DNA of 64,000 bases from a virus: positions 1 to 64,000 of the IMG/VR virus record IMGVR_UViG_3300036670_000256; one strand, given 5' to 3'. Numbering within the stretch: position 1 is the stretch's first letter; each line of letters begins with the position of its first letter. The notes beneath the pieces are model-generated. The model was not told the origin of the DNA. It ran no database searches and was given only the letters and a program-made list of their open reading frames with translations. Position numbers and translations under genes: made by a program. Below, piece by piece: positions 46,972 through 56,496 of this stretch.

Positions 46972-47340
46972 ATGAAACAGACAGCTGTATTCGTGCTTAT
47001 ATGCGCGGTAGGAATTGGCATTGGCGGTCACTTAGCCAGTGCCTTATTCTTCGGAATCATTACGTTAGTAGGCCTTATAGCCTTAGTAGAAAACATACCA
47101 ATAATTAAATGGTTTGTCTACAAAACTAACAACTTCATTGACGTCATGCTATTCATCCTTGCGGTGATAGCTACTGTCAAAATGGGAGTAACTATAACTG
47201 CAGCATTAACTGTTGCCGGTCTTGGTTACACCATGTGCTACGCACCTTACGTTCGACGTAAGAAAAAAGAAAACCGCGAGGTCCACTCGCAAAACAAGGT
47301 AGTCAACGAAATACTATCTAAAAATAAAATTAATTATTAA
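46972..47340 (+). CDS. membrane protein (about 4 TM), 122 aa
   Basis: Hydrophobic segments and basic tail. Confidence 0.75.
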   Translation: MKQTAVFVLICAVGIGIGGHLASALFFGIITLVGLIALVENIPIIKWFVYKTNNFIDVMLFILAVIATVKMGVTITAALTVAGLGYTMCYAPYVRRKKKENREVHSQNKVVNEILSKNKINY

Positions 47341-47355
47341 ATACAATAAATAACC

Positions 47356-47502
47356 ATGGAAAAATTCATCGAACTACTAGCATTCATTACTGTATGCGTA
47401 ATCAAAATCATGACCTTCGCTATCTGCATACCTCTAGCTATCTGGATGGTTGCAAGCCAAGGTCTTAAAGAATTAACTAATTCAAATAATAATAATAAAT
47501 AA
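47356..47502 (+). CDS. 48-aa single-TM peptide (MEKFIELLAFITVCVIKIMTFAICIPLAIW...)
   Basis: Hand translation; fills the gap between neighbours; below ORF-track cutoff. Confidence 0.6.
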   Translation: MEKFIELLAFITVCVIKIMTFAICIPLAIWMVASQGLKELTNSNNNNK

Positions 47503-47513
47503 ATAACTCGATT

Positions 47514-47882
47514 ATGAAAATTAAAATGATCCTTAGAAAAGCTGGAAATGTAGTAGTAAACTCAACATGTTCCACAATTGGCGCTTTACATTTTGTAACA
47601 GACACAGCAAGTGACATCTTGCTACACGCCGAAGCGTGCATCATGCACCGCGTATATGGCGAAGACAAAGACGAATGTAAATTACGTCGATGTATTCAAA
47701 CGTCAGTTTATCAAGGCCACGTTCTTGATAAGCTTGACGCTATCAAAGATTTGAAAAATCAGGTAGCCAACAAGCTACCTTTCAAATCTAAAGAAGAATC
47801 GGAAGTTAATGAACTTCCACCTTTAGTTGTCGTAGACACAAAGTCCTACGACGAAATGATGTCTAACCTTAAACAAGCTTAA
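47514..47882 (+). CDS. small early protein, 122 aa (paralogue of 46671..46919)
   Basis: ORF; shared motifs. Confidence 0.75.
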   Translation: MKIKMILRKAGNVVVNSTCSTIGALHFVTDTASDILLHAEACIMHRVYGEDKDECKLRRCIQTSVYQGHVLDKLDAIKDLKNQVANKLPFKSKEESEVNELPPLVVVDTKSYDEMMSNLKQA

Positions 47883-47884
47883 TC

Positions 47885-48040
47885 ATGGCAAATCTTAGAA
47901 GAAGAAAACGTTTCAATAGATACGTTAAATTGTTATCAGAAATCTATAACAGAGAGTATCGCGAAGTAATGCGCTATTGGGTAAAAGCCAATGGCGACAT
48001 TGAACAAGTTCGCGTAGCTCTCAACCTAACAGCTAAATAA
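47885..48040 (+). CDS. 51-aa basic protein (MANLRRRKRFNRY...)
   Basis: Hand translation; tightly packed with neighbours. Confidence 0.6.
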   Translation: MANLRRRKRFNRYVKLLSEIYNREYREVMRYWVKANGDIEQVRVALNLTAK

Positions 48041-48042
48041 TT

Positions 48043-48177
48043 ATGAGAGAATTTTTTCGAGAAATCTTTAAAGTATTCAAAGAAAACTTTAGAGAAGATC
48101 CTATTGGATCATTAGCTGACATTGCAATATGCGTAGGCATTGCTGCAACTTTAGCATGGTTAGTAGTATATCTATAA
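48043..48177 (+). CDS. 44-aa peptide with C-terminal TM (MREFFREIFK...LAWLVVYL)
   Basis: Hand translation; tightly packed. Confidence 0.6.
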   Translation: MREFFREIFKVFKENFREDPIGSLADIAICVGIAATLAWLVVYL

Positions 48178-48248
48178 ACCACAAAAACAAATCTTAATTT
48201 AAATCCTGATCTGATTGCAAGGACTTTAAAAACGTGCTACCATTTATT

Positions 48249-48854
48249 ATGAGCACTTCAATTGTAACTTACAACACTCCAGAAGCAGTAGTTAAAATCT
48301 CAAACATTTCTCTTAATCCTAAAGACCGTAAGGCAACACTTGTGTTGGCTACTAAAGAAAAAGGAAAACGGAAATTTATTGAAGAAGAAATTATTGTATC
48401 TCTTACAGCTGAGGTATACCATTGGTTTACCCAACTTAAAGACGATGTTGTAAAAGAAGTAGCTGACAATCCACAAGGGTTTGTCTACACAAAAACCGGA
48501 ACTAAATCTACTACCTTTCAAAGATATTTGAAAAGATTAGGTATCGAATTTGCTCCTGGTGTTTTACAAACTATGTCGTTTGAATCAGATAACAAATCTG
48601 AATCTTACGCTGATAATCCGTTTAGAATTATCAGATATACTAATGGATCTAACAGTATCACATTGGTAAATGTACCTAGTAAAAAAACTGTCGAAAAGGT
48701 TGACTTATCCACCGGAGAAGTTAAATCATCATACTATCAAAAGTATGGTAAATTGAATAACGGTCAAAACGTGAAGGCTTTCATTATGCCTAAAATGTAC
48801 AGACGTCTTGTTATTCAAACAACTAGAGTCATTGTGGAATACGTTAACTCTTAA
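48249..48854 (+). CDS. hypothetical protein (start MSTSI at 48249), beta-rich and basic
   Basis: ORF track. Confidence 0.75.
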   Translation: MSTSIVTYNTPEAVVKISNISLNPKDRKATLVLATKEKGKRKFIEEEIIVSLTAEVYHWFTQLKDDVVKEVADNPQGFVYTKTGTKSTTFQRYLKRLGIEFAPGVLQTMSFESDNKSESYADNPFRIIRYTNGSNSITLVNVPSKKTVEKVDLSTGEVKSSYYQKYGKLNNGQNVKAFIMPKMYRRLVIQTTRVIVEYVNS

Positions 48855-49300
48855 TGTACTTCCGCTTGACTTTCTGCGTATTCAACCTGGTTCGTATGAA
48901 GCATTTCATTCTTGAAATCTTTGTACTGTAAATCAGTCATGTTGAGTATGTAATAATAACTTACAAGGTACGTGTGCTTACTAGTAGACGTATCTTTGTA
49001 AATTATTTCTAAATCCAAAAGCTCTTTGATTCCTTGGTAGAACTTGTTCTTACTTATAATTTTGTCCTTGACTAATTCATTCTGTATAATCTCAAGTCGT
49101 TGAGACTCCTTGTAGTCTTTACCAACTTTCAACTCCGCTAGGATGTAGTTGTAAATACATAGCCCTGAATAGGTCATTTTTGACATCATGTCTTTAGTTA
49201 AATAGACTCTTGGCATAGCTTTTAATTTTTTATTTAAGTGTAAATTATTGTACATTTGTCTATATATATTCATAAAGGTTGTCAAGTCTTTTAAGGTCAT
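48851..49300 (-). CDS. RepL-like winged-helix DNA-binding protein, 149 aa
   Basis: IYNYI..ISKNKFYQGIKELLDLEIIYK..YLV wHTH pattern; own -7 box at 49337-49344. Confidence 0.6.
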   Translation of the reverse strand: MTLKDLTTFMNIYRQMYNNLHLNKKLKAMPRVYLTKDMMSKMTYSGLCIYNYILAELKVGKDYKESQRLEIIQNELVKDKIISKNKFYQGIKELLDLEIIYKDTSTSKHTYLVSYYYILNMTDLQYKDFKNEMLHTNQVEYAESQAEVH

Positions 49301-49851
49301 ATCTACTACTAATAGATATGGCCTTTTTTATTTCTACAAACTTAATTATTTCACATATTATGTGCAAGAATTAACGTGTTTAATTTAACACAATATGGGA
49401 ATAAACTGTAATATACTAGTATTTAGTGTTTTATAATGTAACATATTATGGTAAAGAATATTTTTTAACGAATCCTTGTTAAGTACTATGTTTACTGGTG
49501 CTAACAAAGGTTTTAATTAAAAAAAAAGCAAATGCAGTTGCTATATAGAATCATATTATAATAACGTTGGTCACTTACGTGACTATAATAATAACTATAG
49601 TAGATAACCTTGCCTTGCTCACTGACCACTCCTTCGTCGTGTTCATTACAAGGCTTTGTGATAGACTTGTTGGTATTGTTATTATGGTATTATGACATGA
49701 GTAGACAATTAATATTGGTGTTGATATGGTATATAGTAGTTATTTACAGTTATTATAATTATGTAGATAATATGTTGATAGTTTATATCATTGGCATTTA
49801 TGGTTATGAAGAATTTTTTGGTATTAGGTTTTTAACAATTAAGTTTATATT
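49301..49851. other. long AT-rich non-coding region with small hairpins; candidate origin/control region
   Basis: No credible ORF; hairpins at 49570-49583 and ~49612-49656; G/C skew changes here. Confidence 0.45.
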
Positions 49852-50142
49852 ATGAAAAAAGTATTTTTATTATGGCGTTGTGATGTTAATATATCTAGGG
49901 ATAGTTATAGATTAATATACGTTGGTGAGAGTTTTGTAGAAGACATATCTTTTGGCAGAACTATGATGTTGGAGAAGATTATTGATGAGGCTAGACGTTA
50001 TAGTTTAGGTTCTATAGATGGAGAGATGGATTATTTAGATTTACTTCAATTGAGGGATTTAAAGCAAACACAGGATAGGCAGGAGAATTATGTAATAGAA
50101 ATGTTGGAAGTTGGGAAGATTTTAGAGAAAGTAATTAATTAA
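49852..50142 (+). CDS. hypothetical protein, 96 aa
   Basis: ORF track. Confidence 0.7.
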   Translation: MKKVFLLWRCDVNISRDSYRLIYVGESFVEDISFGRTMMLEKIIDEARRYSLGSIDGEMDYLDLLQLRDLKQTQDRQENYVIEMLEVGKILEKVIN

Positions 50143-50158
50143 ATAAATAAATAGTATT

Positions 50159-50467
50159 ATGTCAGAAGTAAAATTTAGTTTAGAGAATTTGCAATTGAAT
50201 AAATTGGTTAAGAGCTTAGAAGACTGTAAGAAGTCTTGTAATGTTTTAACTATAGATAATGCAATAGTGTTAGTTGTTAATCATTTTAGTGATTTGTACG
50301 GTAATGAGTTGGTGTTAAAGAAGAAAGCTTTGTCGGATTACAACAAGAAGTATAGACAAGATAATTTGGCTAAGATAAAACAGAAAGATCGTGATTATTA
50401 TCTTTCTAATTGTGGTGTCATATTGGATAAAAGACGAGAGGAATATAAATCTAAAAAGAAAAAGTAA
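50159..50467 (+). CDS. hypothetical basic protein, 102 aa
   Basis: KKYRQDN..KQKDRDYY helix of the kind seen next to HNH domains; no HNH core. Confidence 0.65.
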   Translation: MSEVKFSLENLQLNKLVKSLEDCKKSCNVLTIDNAIVLVVNHFSDLYGNELVLKKKALSDYNKKYRQDNLAKIKQKDRDYYLSNCGVILDKRREEYKSKKKK

Positions 50468-50697
50468 TGAGTATACGAATTGACAGAGAATTATTAATTA
50501 TGGCATCAGTACGTGCTTATGATTTACTTCATAAAGAAGGGATAATTAAGAAAGGTGAGATTGGTGTTATATTAATAACTACAGATTTGGATAAGAATAG
50601 TATATTAGAACATGGTGTTGTGAATTATTCTAGTACTATGCAACCTAGTGAAACGATAAAAGCTTTGAAGCAAATCATTAGACAGCTTGAAGATTAG
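50467..50697 (+). CDS. hypothetical protein, 76 aa
   Basis: ORF track; coupled to the upstream gene. Confidence 0.65.
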   Translation: MSIRIDRELLIMASVRAYDLLHKEGIIKKGEIGVILITTDLDKNSILEHGVVNYSSTMQPSETIKALKQIIRQLED

Positions 50698-50770
50698 CTA
50701 ACATATTTGTTTTATTTTTTAATGGTTATTTTTGTATTAAATAATATTAACAATTAAAAATGAAAACATT

Positions 50771-51643
50771 ATGGGTGTAATTTCTGCAAAAGGTCCTAAT
50801 CCAAGAGTAACTGATCCTTTGGATCCACGTTATACGGACCTAAGTAATTTTAACAAAAGGTTTGATATGGCAAATCTTATTGGAGAAGGTGATGTGTTTG
50901 CTGGCGCTGGTTATTCTAAAATAGAATCAGGAAGTAAGTTTGGAACAACTGTAAGAGATATCAAAATCAACGACCATGTTGTAATTGGTAACAGAACAGG
51001 TAGAATTTTAGAGGTATTTTCCGTAGGTGATCAAGTTGTTGGAGTAACTGTTTACGAAGACATGCGTTATTTGCCAAAAGATTACCGTTTAAATCCAGAA
51101 GCTTATGGTTACAATGCTGATGGTAGAGGTAGAACTATTACTTATTGTTTAAGAAACGATTTAGACATAAGTGAAACAGATTTACTTTGGAATGGTGCAA
51201 AGGTAAATTTGTATCAAGGTAGTATGATGATTCTTCCATCAACAACATCTAATCCTAAAACTTGGAGTAAAATTCAACAAGTTGTATCTGATATTAGCAA
51301 TGTAGAGAATGAAATTTACTACACTACTTTGAAATCTAGAACAGGTTCTTCTCCAGAGGAAACCAATTTTTATGGTGTTAGTACACTTCAAGCAGATATT
51401 CTTTTTTCTAACGGAGTAGAAAATTCTTTGGTTTTAATTTATGGTTCTACTAACAAGACTGTAACCAAAGTTCAAACTTTAATTAGACAGATACCAAATG
51501 GTGGTGCTTTAGTTACTGAATTTGACAACTCTGGTTACGATGGTGTAAGCGGCAGAAAGATTAAATTTGATTATTACTTAAATGACGTTTTGACTAGCTT
51601 ACCATTTGATGTTAAATTTGATCTGATAGTAGATTTTGAGTAA
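50771..51643 (+). CDS. hypothetical beta/Gly-rich protein, 290 aa, own transcription unit
   Basis: -7 box at 50727-50734 and terminator at 51664-51692. Confidence 0.8.
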   Translation: MGVISAKGPNPRVTDPLDPRYTDLSNFNKRFDMANLIGEGDVFAGAGYSKIESGSKFGTTVRDIKINDHVVIGNRTGRILEVFSVGDQVVGVTVYEDMRYLPKDYRLNPEAYGYNADGRGRTITYCLRNDLDISETDLLWNGAKVNLYQGSMMILPSTTSNPKTWSKIQQVVSDISNVENEIYYTTLKSRTGSSPEETNFYGVSTLQADILFSNGVENSLVLIYGSTNKTVTKVQTLIRQIPNGGALVTEFDNSGYDGVSGRKIKFDYYLNDVLTSLPFDVKFDLIVDFE

Positions 51644-51663
51644 ACCACAAAATCAAATTAATT

Positions 51664-51692
51664 AAAAGCGTGCCGATTGGTACGCTTTTTTT
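51664..51692 (+). terminator. intrinsic terminator
   Basis: AAAAGCGTGCC-gatt-GGTACGCTTTTTTT. Confidence 0.8.
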
Positions 51693-51817
51693 ATGCCTAG
51701 TTTTTAATAAAACACTTTTAGAAACAAAGAATACAATTAAATAATTATTAACGCTTAAAACGGCTTAAAACAAAAAAGCCAAAACAAAAGAATTTTTAAT
51801 CTTATAAAATAGAAATT

Positions 51818-52258
51818 ATGTTAAACACAAAATTAGATTTGATTACTTTAAGAAAAGAAAAGTCTGAATTTAATAGAATTAAACTTACTTCACCAGAAGT
51901 TACGGCCGAGTATATTCGTCAATTTTATTCTGATGATATTGAAATATTTGAAAGTATGTTTATTTTAATGGTAAATAACAGCAATACAACCATTGGTTAT
52001 GCTAAAATAAGTCAAGGTGGTATTACTGGAACCGTTGTAGATATTAGAATCATTTGCAAATATGCAATTGATTGTTTAGCTACCGGAATTGTGATTTGTC
52101 ACAATCATCCTTCAGGAATTATGGTTCCTAGTGCTCAAGATTTACAAATAACAAAAAGGCTAATTTTAGCATTAAAAACTTTAGATGTAATTCTTTTAGA
52201 TCATATTATTTTATGTTCAGAAGATTACTACTCTATGAAAGATAGAGGAGATATATAA
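51818..52258 (+). CDS. radC: JAB/MPN domain RadC-like protein
   Basis: E..ISQGGITGTVVD..HNHPSG..PSAQD..LLDHII. Confidence 0.9.
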   Translation: MLNTKLDLITLRKEKSEFNRIKLTSPEVTAEYIRQFYSDDIEIFESMFILMVNNSNTTIGYAKISQGGITGTVVDIRIICKYAIDCLATGIVICHNHPSGIMVPSAQDLQITKRLILALKTLDVILLDHIILCSEDYYSMKDRGDI

Positions 52259-52464
52259 TGGCTTATTCATATTGGATGTACAAAAGAAAACGTGTTGAAA
52301 TAATATCGAGATATACTCACACTTTTCTAATTCGGTTTGTAGATAATAGTTTGCCAGATGCATCTGTTTCTCGCGACTCTTTACTTCGAATTAAGGTTAA
52401 GGATAAAGAACCTCAACCACAAAAAAAAATTAATAACAATAATCAAACAAATTTAGAATTATGA
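52258..52464 (+). CDS. hypothetical protein, 68 aa
   Basis: Coupled ORF. Confidence 0.65.
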   Translation: MAYSYWMYKRKRVEIISRYTHTFLIRFVDNSLPDASVSRDSLLRIKVKDKEPQPQKKINNNNQTNLEL

Positions 52465-52934
52465 AAAATTTAAAACAAGAAGTAGATGGAATGAAATTGT
52501 ATCAAATTGTAGAAGTAATGGTAGAATCTTTAAAAAACCCGGTAATCAAAGTTGATATGAATTACTTCGGAACTGTACAAGATCAAGTTTGTTACGGTTG
52601 TGCTGCTACTAATGCAGTTTGCAAAATAGCTGATGCAAAATACGGTTTTAAAAACATTTCAAGATGTGAGTTAAGATCTAAATTTTTGAAAGTAGATTAT
52701 GATTATTTGTCTTTTTTTGAAACAGCAATAGATAATTTAAGAATAGGAAACATAATGTCTTTTTATTCCAACATTTGCAGAGCTAAGGAAATCACTGTTG
52801 AAGAAAATACTTACAAATTTTTAGCTGACATTTACTTGAACATTCATTTGAAAAAATTGAGAAATGATTATGGAGAAAAAGACTTAGATGGTTATGTATT
52901 TCTTGCAGAAGTATTAAAAAAAATGAATTATTAA
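52461..52934 (+). CDS. hypothetical protein, 157 aa (CYGCAAT motif)
   Basis: ORF track. Confidence 0.75.
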   Translation: MKNLKQEVDGMKLYQIVEVMVESLKNPVIKVDMNYFGTVQDQVCYGCAATNAVCKIADAKYGFKNISRCELRSKFLKVDYDYLSFFETAIDNLRIGNIMSFYSNICRAKEITVEENTYKFLADIYLNIHLKKLRNDYGEKDLDGYVFLAEVLKKMNY

Positions 52935-52951
52935 TAATTAAATAAACTAAA

Positions 52952-53383
52952 ATGAAAAAAACAATTCACGTTATTGTGCAAAGCACATCGAAAGAAATGA
53001 GCGTTCAAGGCTTATTACAAATTTTTACTAAAGAAGTAACAGAAAATTTTATTGAAAACTTTTCTATTCAATCTGTAGTAGATATTTATACAGATGGTTT
53101 AACAAAGGATTTTAAGAATTTAGTGTTTGACCAAAATGTAAAATACCGATTGAATCTTAATGATTTAATTAGTTACGAACCGTTCATTGGAAAAACAGTT
53201 CAAGAAATCTTGTCGGAACTTAATCCGTATTTAGATTTTATTGATAAAAAATTGAATCAGGAGTGTGATATTTATGATGGTGTTGCTATGCAACCATTAC
53301 TTGAAGTATCTGATTTACTTCAATACGAAAGCACAAAAGGATTTTATTTAGTAACAGTTAAAATAAATTACAATGGGAATTAG
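52952..53383 (+). CDS. hypothetical protein, 143 aa
   Basis: ORF track. Confidence 0.75.
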   Translation: MKKTIHVIVQSTSKEMSVQGLLQIFTKEVTENFIENFSIQSVVDIYTDGLTKDFKNLVFDQNVKYRLNLNDLISYEPFIGKTVQEILSELNPYLDFIDKKLNQECDIYDGVAMQPLLEVSDLLQYESTKGFYLVTVKINYNGN

Positions 53384-53654
53384 ATATAAAATATTCTGGT
53401 GTAAGACCAGTAGTCCTAGAGGTTATTACGATGAGATAAAAGATTTTAACGATGAGAAACATTTCGATAATTATATTGCTTACCAGGGCAGAAATGAAAT
53501 GTATAAAAAAGTGGTTAGCTACGAAAAAGTTTATTCTGAATCTTTAACTCATAGTATAAACGATGTGAAAAAAGCTTTTGAAACAACCAAAGGAAAAGAC
53601 TTCAATAATTTTGAAGAATGGTATGAAGATTATTTTAAAAAAACTTTAAATTAG
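53373..53654 (+). CDS. hypothetical protein, 93 aa
   Basis: ORF track. Confidence 0.7.
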   Translation: MGIRYKIFWCKTSSPRGYYDEIKDFNDEKHFDNYIAYQGRNEMYKKVVSYEKVYSESLTHSINDVKKAFETTKGKDFNNFEEWYEDYFKKTLN

Positions 53655-53659
53655 AAGTT

Positions 53660-53944
53660 ATGAAAAGAATTAAATTTAAACATTGGGATTGCAAAATTGT
53701 TTTAACTAAGTACAAAAACAATGGCAGAACTTGCATACAATTAGTCAACAATGGCGAACTTGTATTAGTAGCTACAACAAATTTAGAAGATATTGGTTTA
53801 AGCGTACAAGAAGTTATTATTAAAAATTATTCCGAGAATAAAGGGATATATGAAGTACTTCTTGAGAACGATATTATAGGACCTGTTAAAAGATTTGTTG
53901 AAAATGGATTTGTTAAATTTTACATTTGTGATTTAAAAATATAA
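53660..53944 (+). CDS. hypothetical protein, 94 aa (DUF4313-like)
   Basis: Y.NNGR..ATTNL..IKNYSENKG..NGFV pattern. Confidence 0.65.
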   Translation: MKRIKFKHWDCKIVLTKYKNNGRTCIQLVNNGELVLVATTNLEDIGLSVQEVIIKNYSENKGIYEVLLENDIIGPVKRFVENGFVKFYICDLKI

Positions 53945-53946
53945 AT

Positions 53947-56493
53947 ATGAAAAAAGTATTATACAATCCGTTTCAATTATTAATCAACTTTGACGTAATT
54001 GAGAAAGATTTATTTTTACTTGGAGATTTGCATAACATTAAATCGATGTTACCAAAATTATTTGAAACTCAACAAGAAGACGTTGCAGCTGCAGAGAATC
54101 GTTTTAAAGAAGGTAAAGGTTATCTTTTTACAAATGGAACTGGCACTGGCAAAACATACGTCGGTCTTGGTATTGCATTTAGGTTTTACACTAACAACAA
54201 AAAGAACATTATTATTGTTGTTCCTACAGATGAAAAATCTAAAGATTGGGTTGAAGATGGTTTGAACATTGGTTTGAGTATATACAAACTTCAAGGAATA
54301 CACGATGCTGGACATGAAATAACTGTTACTACTTATGCTAACTTTTATCAGAATGAAGCGATTAATAAGGTGAAATGGGATTTAGTTATTTATGACGAAT
54401 CACATTACTTAGGTCAAAATGCAAATGGCGTTGAAAATAGTTATTTGCAAAAACATAAGAACATTGCCAATCTTCCTTCTGCAGCAAGGTCTAAAGCGTT
54501 TGAACATAACGGAGTTTACGAAGATTATTATTGTGAAGATAGTGGTCTTGTAAAACAAAAGGTAAACAAAGAATTGTACGACAAAGTTTACAACGAATAC
54601 ATTGAAAGTACTAAAGTAGTTTTTCTTTCTGCTACGCCATTCGCGTACCATAAATCAATTAAGTATGCAGATGGAGCATTGTTTGAAATCAATGAAAAAA
54701 TAATTCCGGATAAAGACACTTTTACATCATACAATGATGGTGGTGCTTGGGAAAATTTCATGATGGATAACTTTGGTTACAGAATGAAGTACAATAAACT
54801 TACCATACCAGAAACAGGTGTGGACCAAAATTTATTAGAAAGAAGTTTCTTTGAAAGTTTTAAAGACAGAGGAGTAATGTCAACTAGACAATTAGAACTT
54901 GAGCAAGATTACTCAAGAGAATTTATAATAGTTGATTCTGAAATTGGAAAGTTTATTGATGATGGGTTAAATTTATTTCACGATACTGATTTTTCTAAAA
55001 GATATCCTAAGTTAAGTGAGTTTCATAAGAGAAAACTTAATTATTTGTTTATTAATCAATTGCTAGAATGTATTAAAGCAAAAGATATAAATGAAAGAAT
55101 TAAGCAACATCTTTATTTGAATAGAAAAGTTGTAGTGTTTCATAATTATAATAACGCAAACATTACACATCCTTTTCAATTTCAAGTAAGAGAATTAATT
55201 TCTACTGATGAAGAATTTCATAAACATTCTGATGCTTTAAGAATTGAGATTTTAAAGTTTAAAGAAGAATATTCTCATTATTGGAATTTAGATTTGTCTG
55301 GTTTGTCTAACATTAGAAAAACTATCAAACAATGTTTTCCTGAAGCTAGAGAGTTTAACGGAACTGTCAGCAAAAAACTTAGAAGTAAATTTATAAAAGA
55401 ATTTAATTCTGATTTTTCTATGATTGATATTATTTTAGTTCAAGTAAAAGCTGGACAAGAAGGTATTTCTTTACACGATAAAACAGGAATGCACCAAAGA
55501 GTTTTAATTAATTTAGGACTTCCTACAGCTCCGACTCAAGCTATTCAAACAGAAGGTAGAATTTACAGACAAGGTTTAAAAAGCAATGCAATTTACGAGT
55601 ATGCCACAGTGCAAACTAGTACAGAAAGAATTGCTTTTGCTACAAAAATTGCTGAACGTTCTAAGACTGCTGAAAATTTGGCTATGGGTAATTTGGCTAG
55701 AGATTTAGAAACAGCTTTTAAAGAAGGCTATGCAAATGCCAATGAAAACGAGCCAAACTTAGAACAAGGTGTTGGAGGTAAAGAATCTGATCGTTTCTTA
55801 TTTACAATTAATGAGTATGAAAAAACAAAAACATTTTATTGGAAAAGAAGAAAACGTAATTCTAAAACTAAAGCAAGAGAAGGTGTTGATTATTTTGCTA
55901 CTCCTGAACCTTTAGGTTTTAAAATGGTAGAATGGTTAAAGCTTGAACCTAACCATAGATGCTTAGAACCATCTGCAGGTCATGGTGCTATTGCTAGATT
56001 TTTACCAAGCGATTGTGTTAATGATTTTATAGAACCTAGTTTTGAACTTAGTTCACAAATTGCTATTAATGCAACGGGAACTGTTATTAATAGTACTTTT
56101 GAAGATCATCACATAATTAATAAATATGAAGCAATTGTGATGAATCCTCCTTTTGGTTCTGGTGGTAGACTTGCTATGGAACATATTGCAAAAGCGTGCA
56201 AACATTTATCTACAGCACAAGGTGCTAAAGTAATTGCAATAATTCCTAACGGTTCTTCAATGCAAAAAAGACTTGATGAATTTTTTGCAGACGAAAAGAA
56301 TAGAATGTTTCATTTAACTGGACAGATATACTTACCATCTGTTTTATTTGAAAGAGCCGGAACAAACGTTTCATGTAGAATTATTAGAATAGAAACAGCT
56401 AGAAGTTTACGTTCTGAATACAATGAAATTGAACTTTACGATTGTGCAACAATCGATGAATTCTTTGATAGAATAGAACATTTAGATTTTTAA
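53947..56493 (+). CDS. SF2 helicase (strawberry-notch-like) fused to N6-adenine methyltransferase, DarB-like, 848 aa
   Basis: GTGTGKT, DESH, SATP, QTEGRIYR; MTase FATP, LEPSAGHG, MNPPF. Confidence 0.85.
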   Translation: MKKVLYNPFQLLINFDVIEKDLFLLGDLHNIKSMLPKLFETQQEDVAAAENRFKEGKGYLFTNGTGTGKTYVGLGIAFRFYTNNKKNIIIVVPTDEKSKDWVEDGLNIGLSIYKLQGIHDAGHEITVTTYANFYQNEAINKVKWDLVIYDESHYLGQNANGVENSYLQKHKNIANLPSAARSKAFEHNGVYEDYYCEDSGLVKQKVNKELYDKVYNEYIESTKVVFLSATPFAYHKSIKYADGALFEINEKIIPDKDTFTSYNDGGAWENFMMDNFGYRMKYNKLTIPETGVDQNLLERSFFESFKDRGVMSTRQLELEQDYSREFIIVDSEIGKFIDDGLNLFHDTDFSKRYPKLSEFHKRKLNYLFINQLLECIKAKDINERIKQHLYLNRKVVVFHNYNNANITHPFQFQVRELISTDEEFHKHSDALRIEILKFKEEYSHYWNLDLSGLSNIRKTIKQCFPEAREFNGTVSKKLRSKFIKEFNSDFSMIDIILVQVKAGQEGISLHDKTGMHQRVLINLGLPTAPTQAIQTEGRIYRQGLKSNAIYEYATVQTSTERIAFATKIAERSKTAENLAMGNLARDLETAFKEGYANANENEPNLEQGVGGKESDRFLFTINEYEKTKTFYWKRRKRNSKTKAREGVDYFATPEPLGFKMVEWLKLEPNHRCLEPSAGHGAIARFLPSDCVNDFIEPSFELSSQIAINATGTVINSTFEDHHIINKYEAIVMNPPFGSGGRLAMEHIAKACKHLSTAQGAKVIAIIPNGSSMQKRLDEFFADEKNRMFHLTGQIYLPSVLFERAGTNVSCRIIRIETARSLRSEYNEIELYDCATIDEFFDRIEHLDF

Positions 56494-56496
56494 ATT

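Noticed and set aside
49301-49851. tRNA genes in the larger intergenic gaps
   Set aside because: No cloverleaf or TTC T-loop arm recognised by eye; tRNAscan-SE would settle it
49610-49855. 81-aa hydrophobic ORF
   Set aside because: TTG start inside a hairpin; hydrophobicity follows from the T/G-rich skewed DNA
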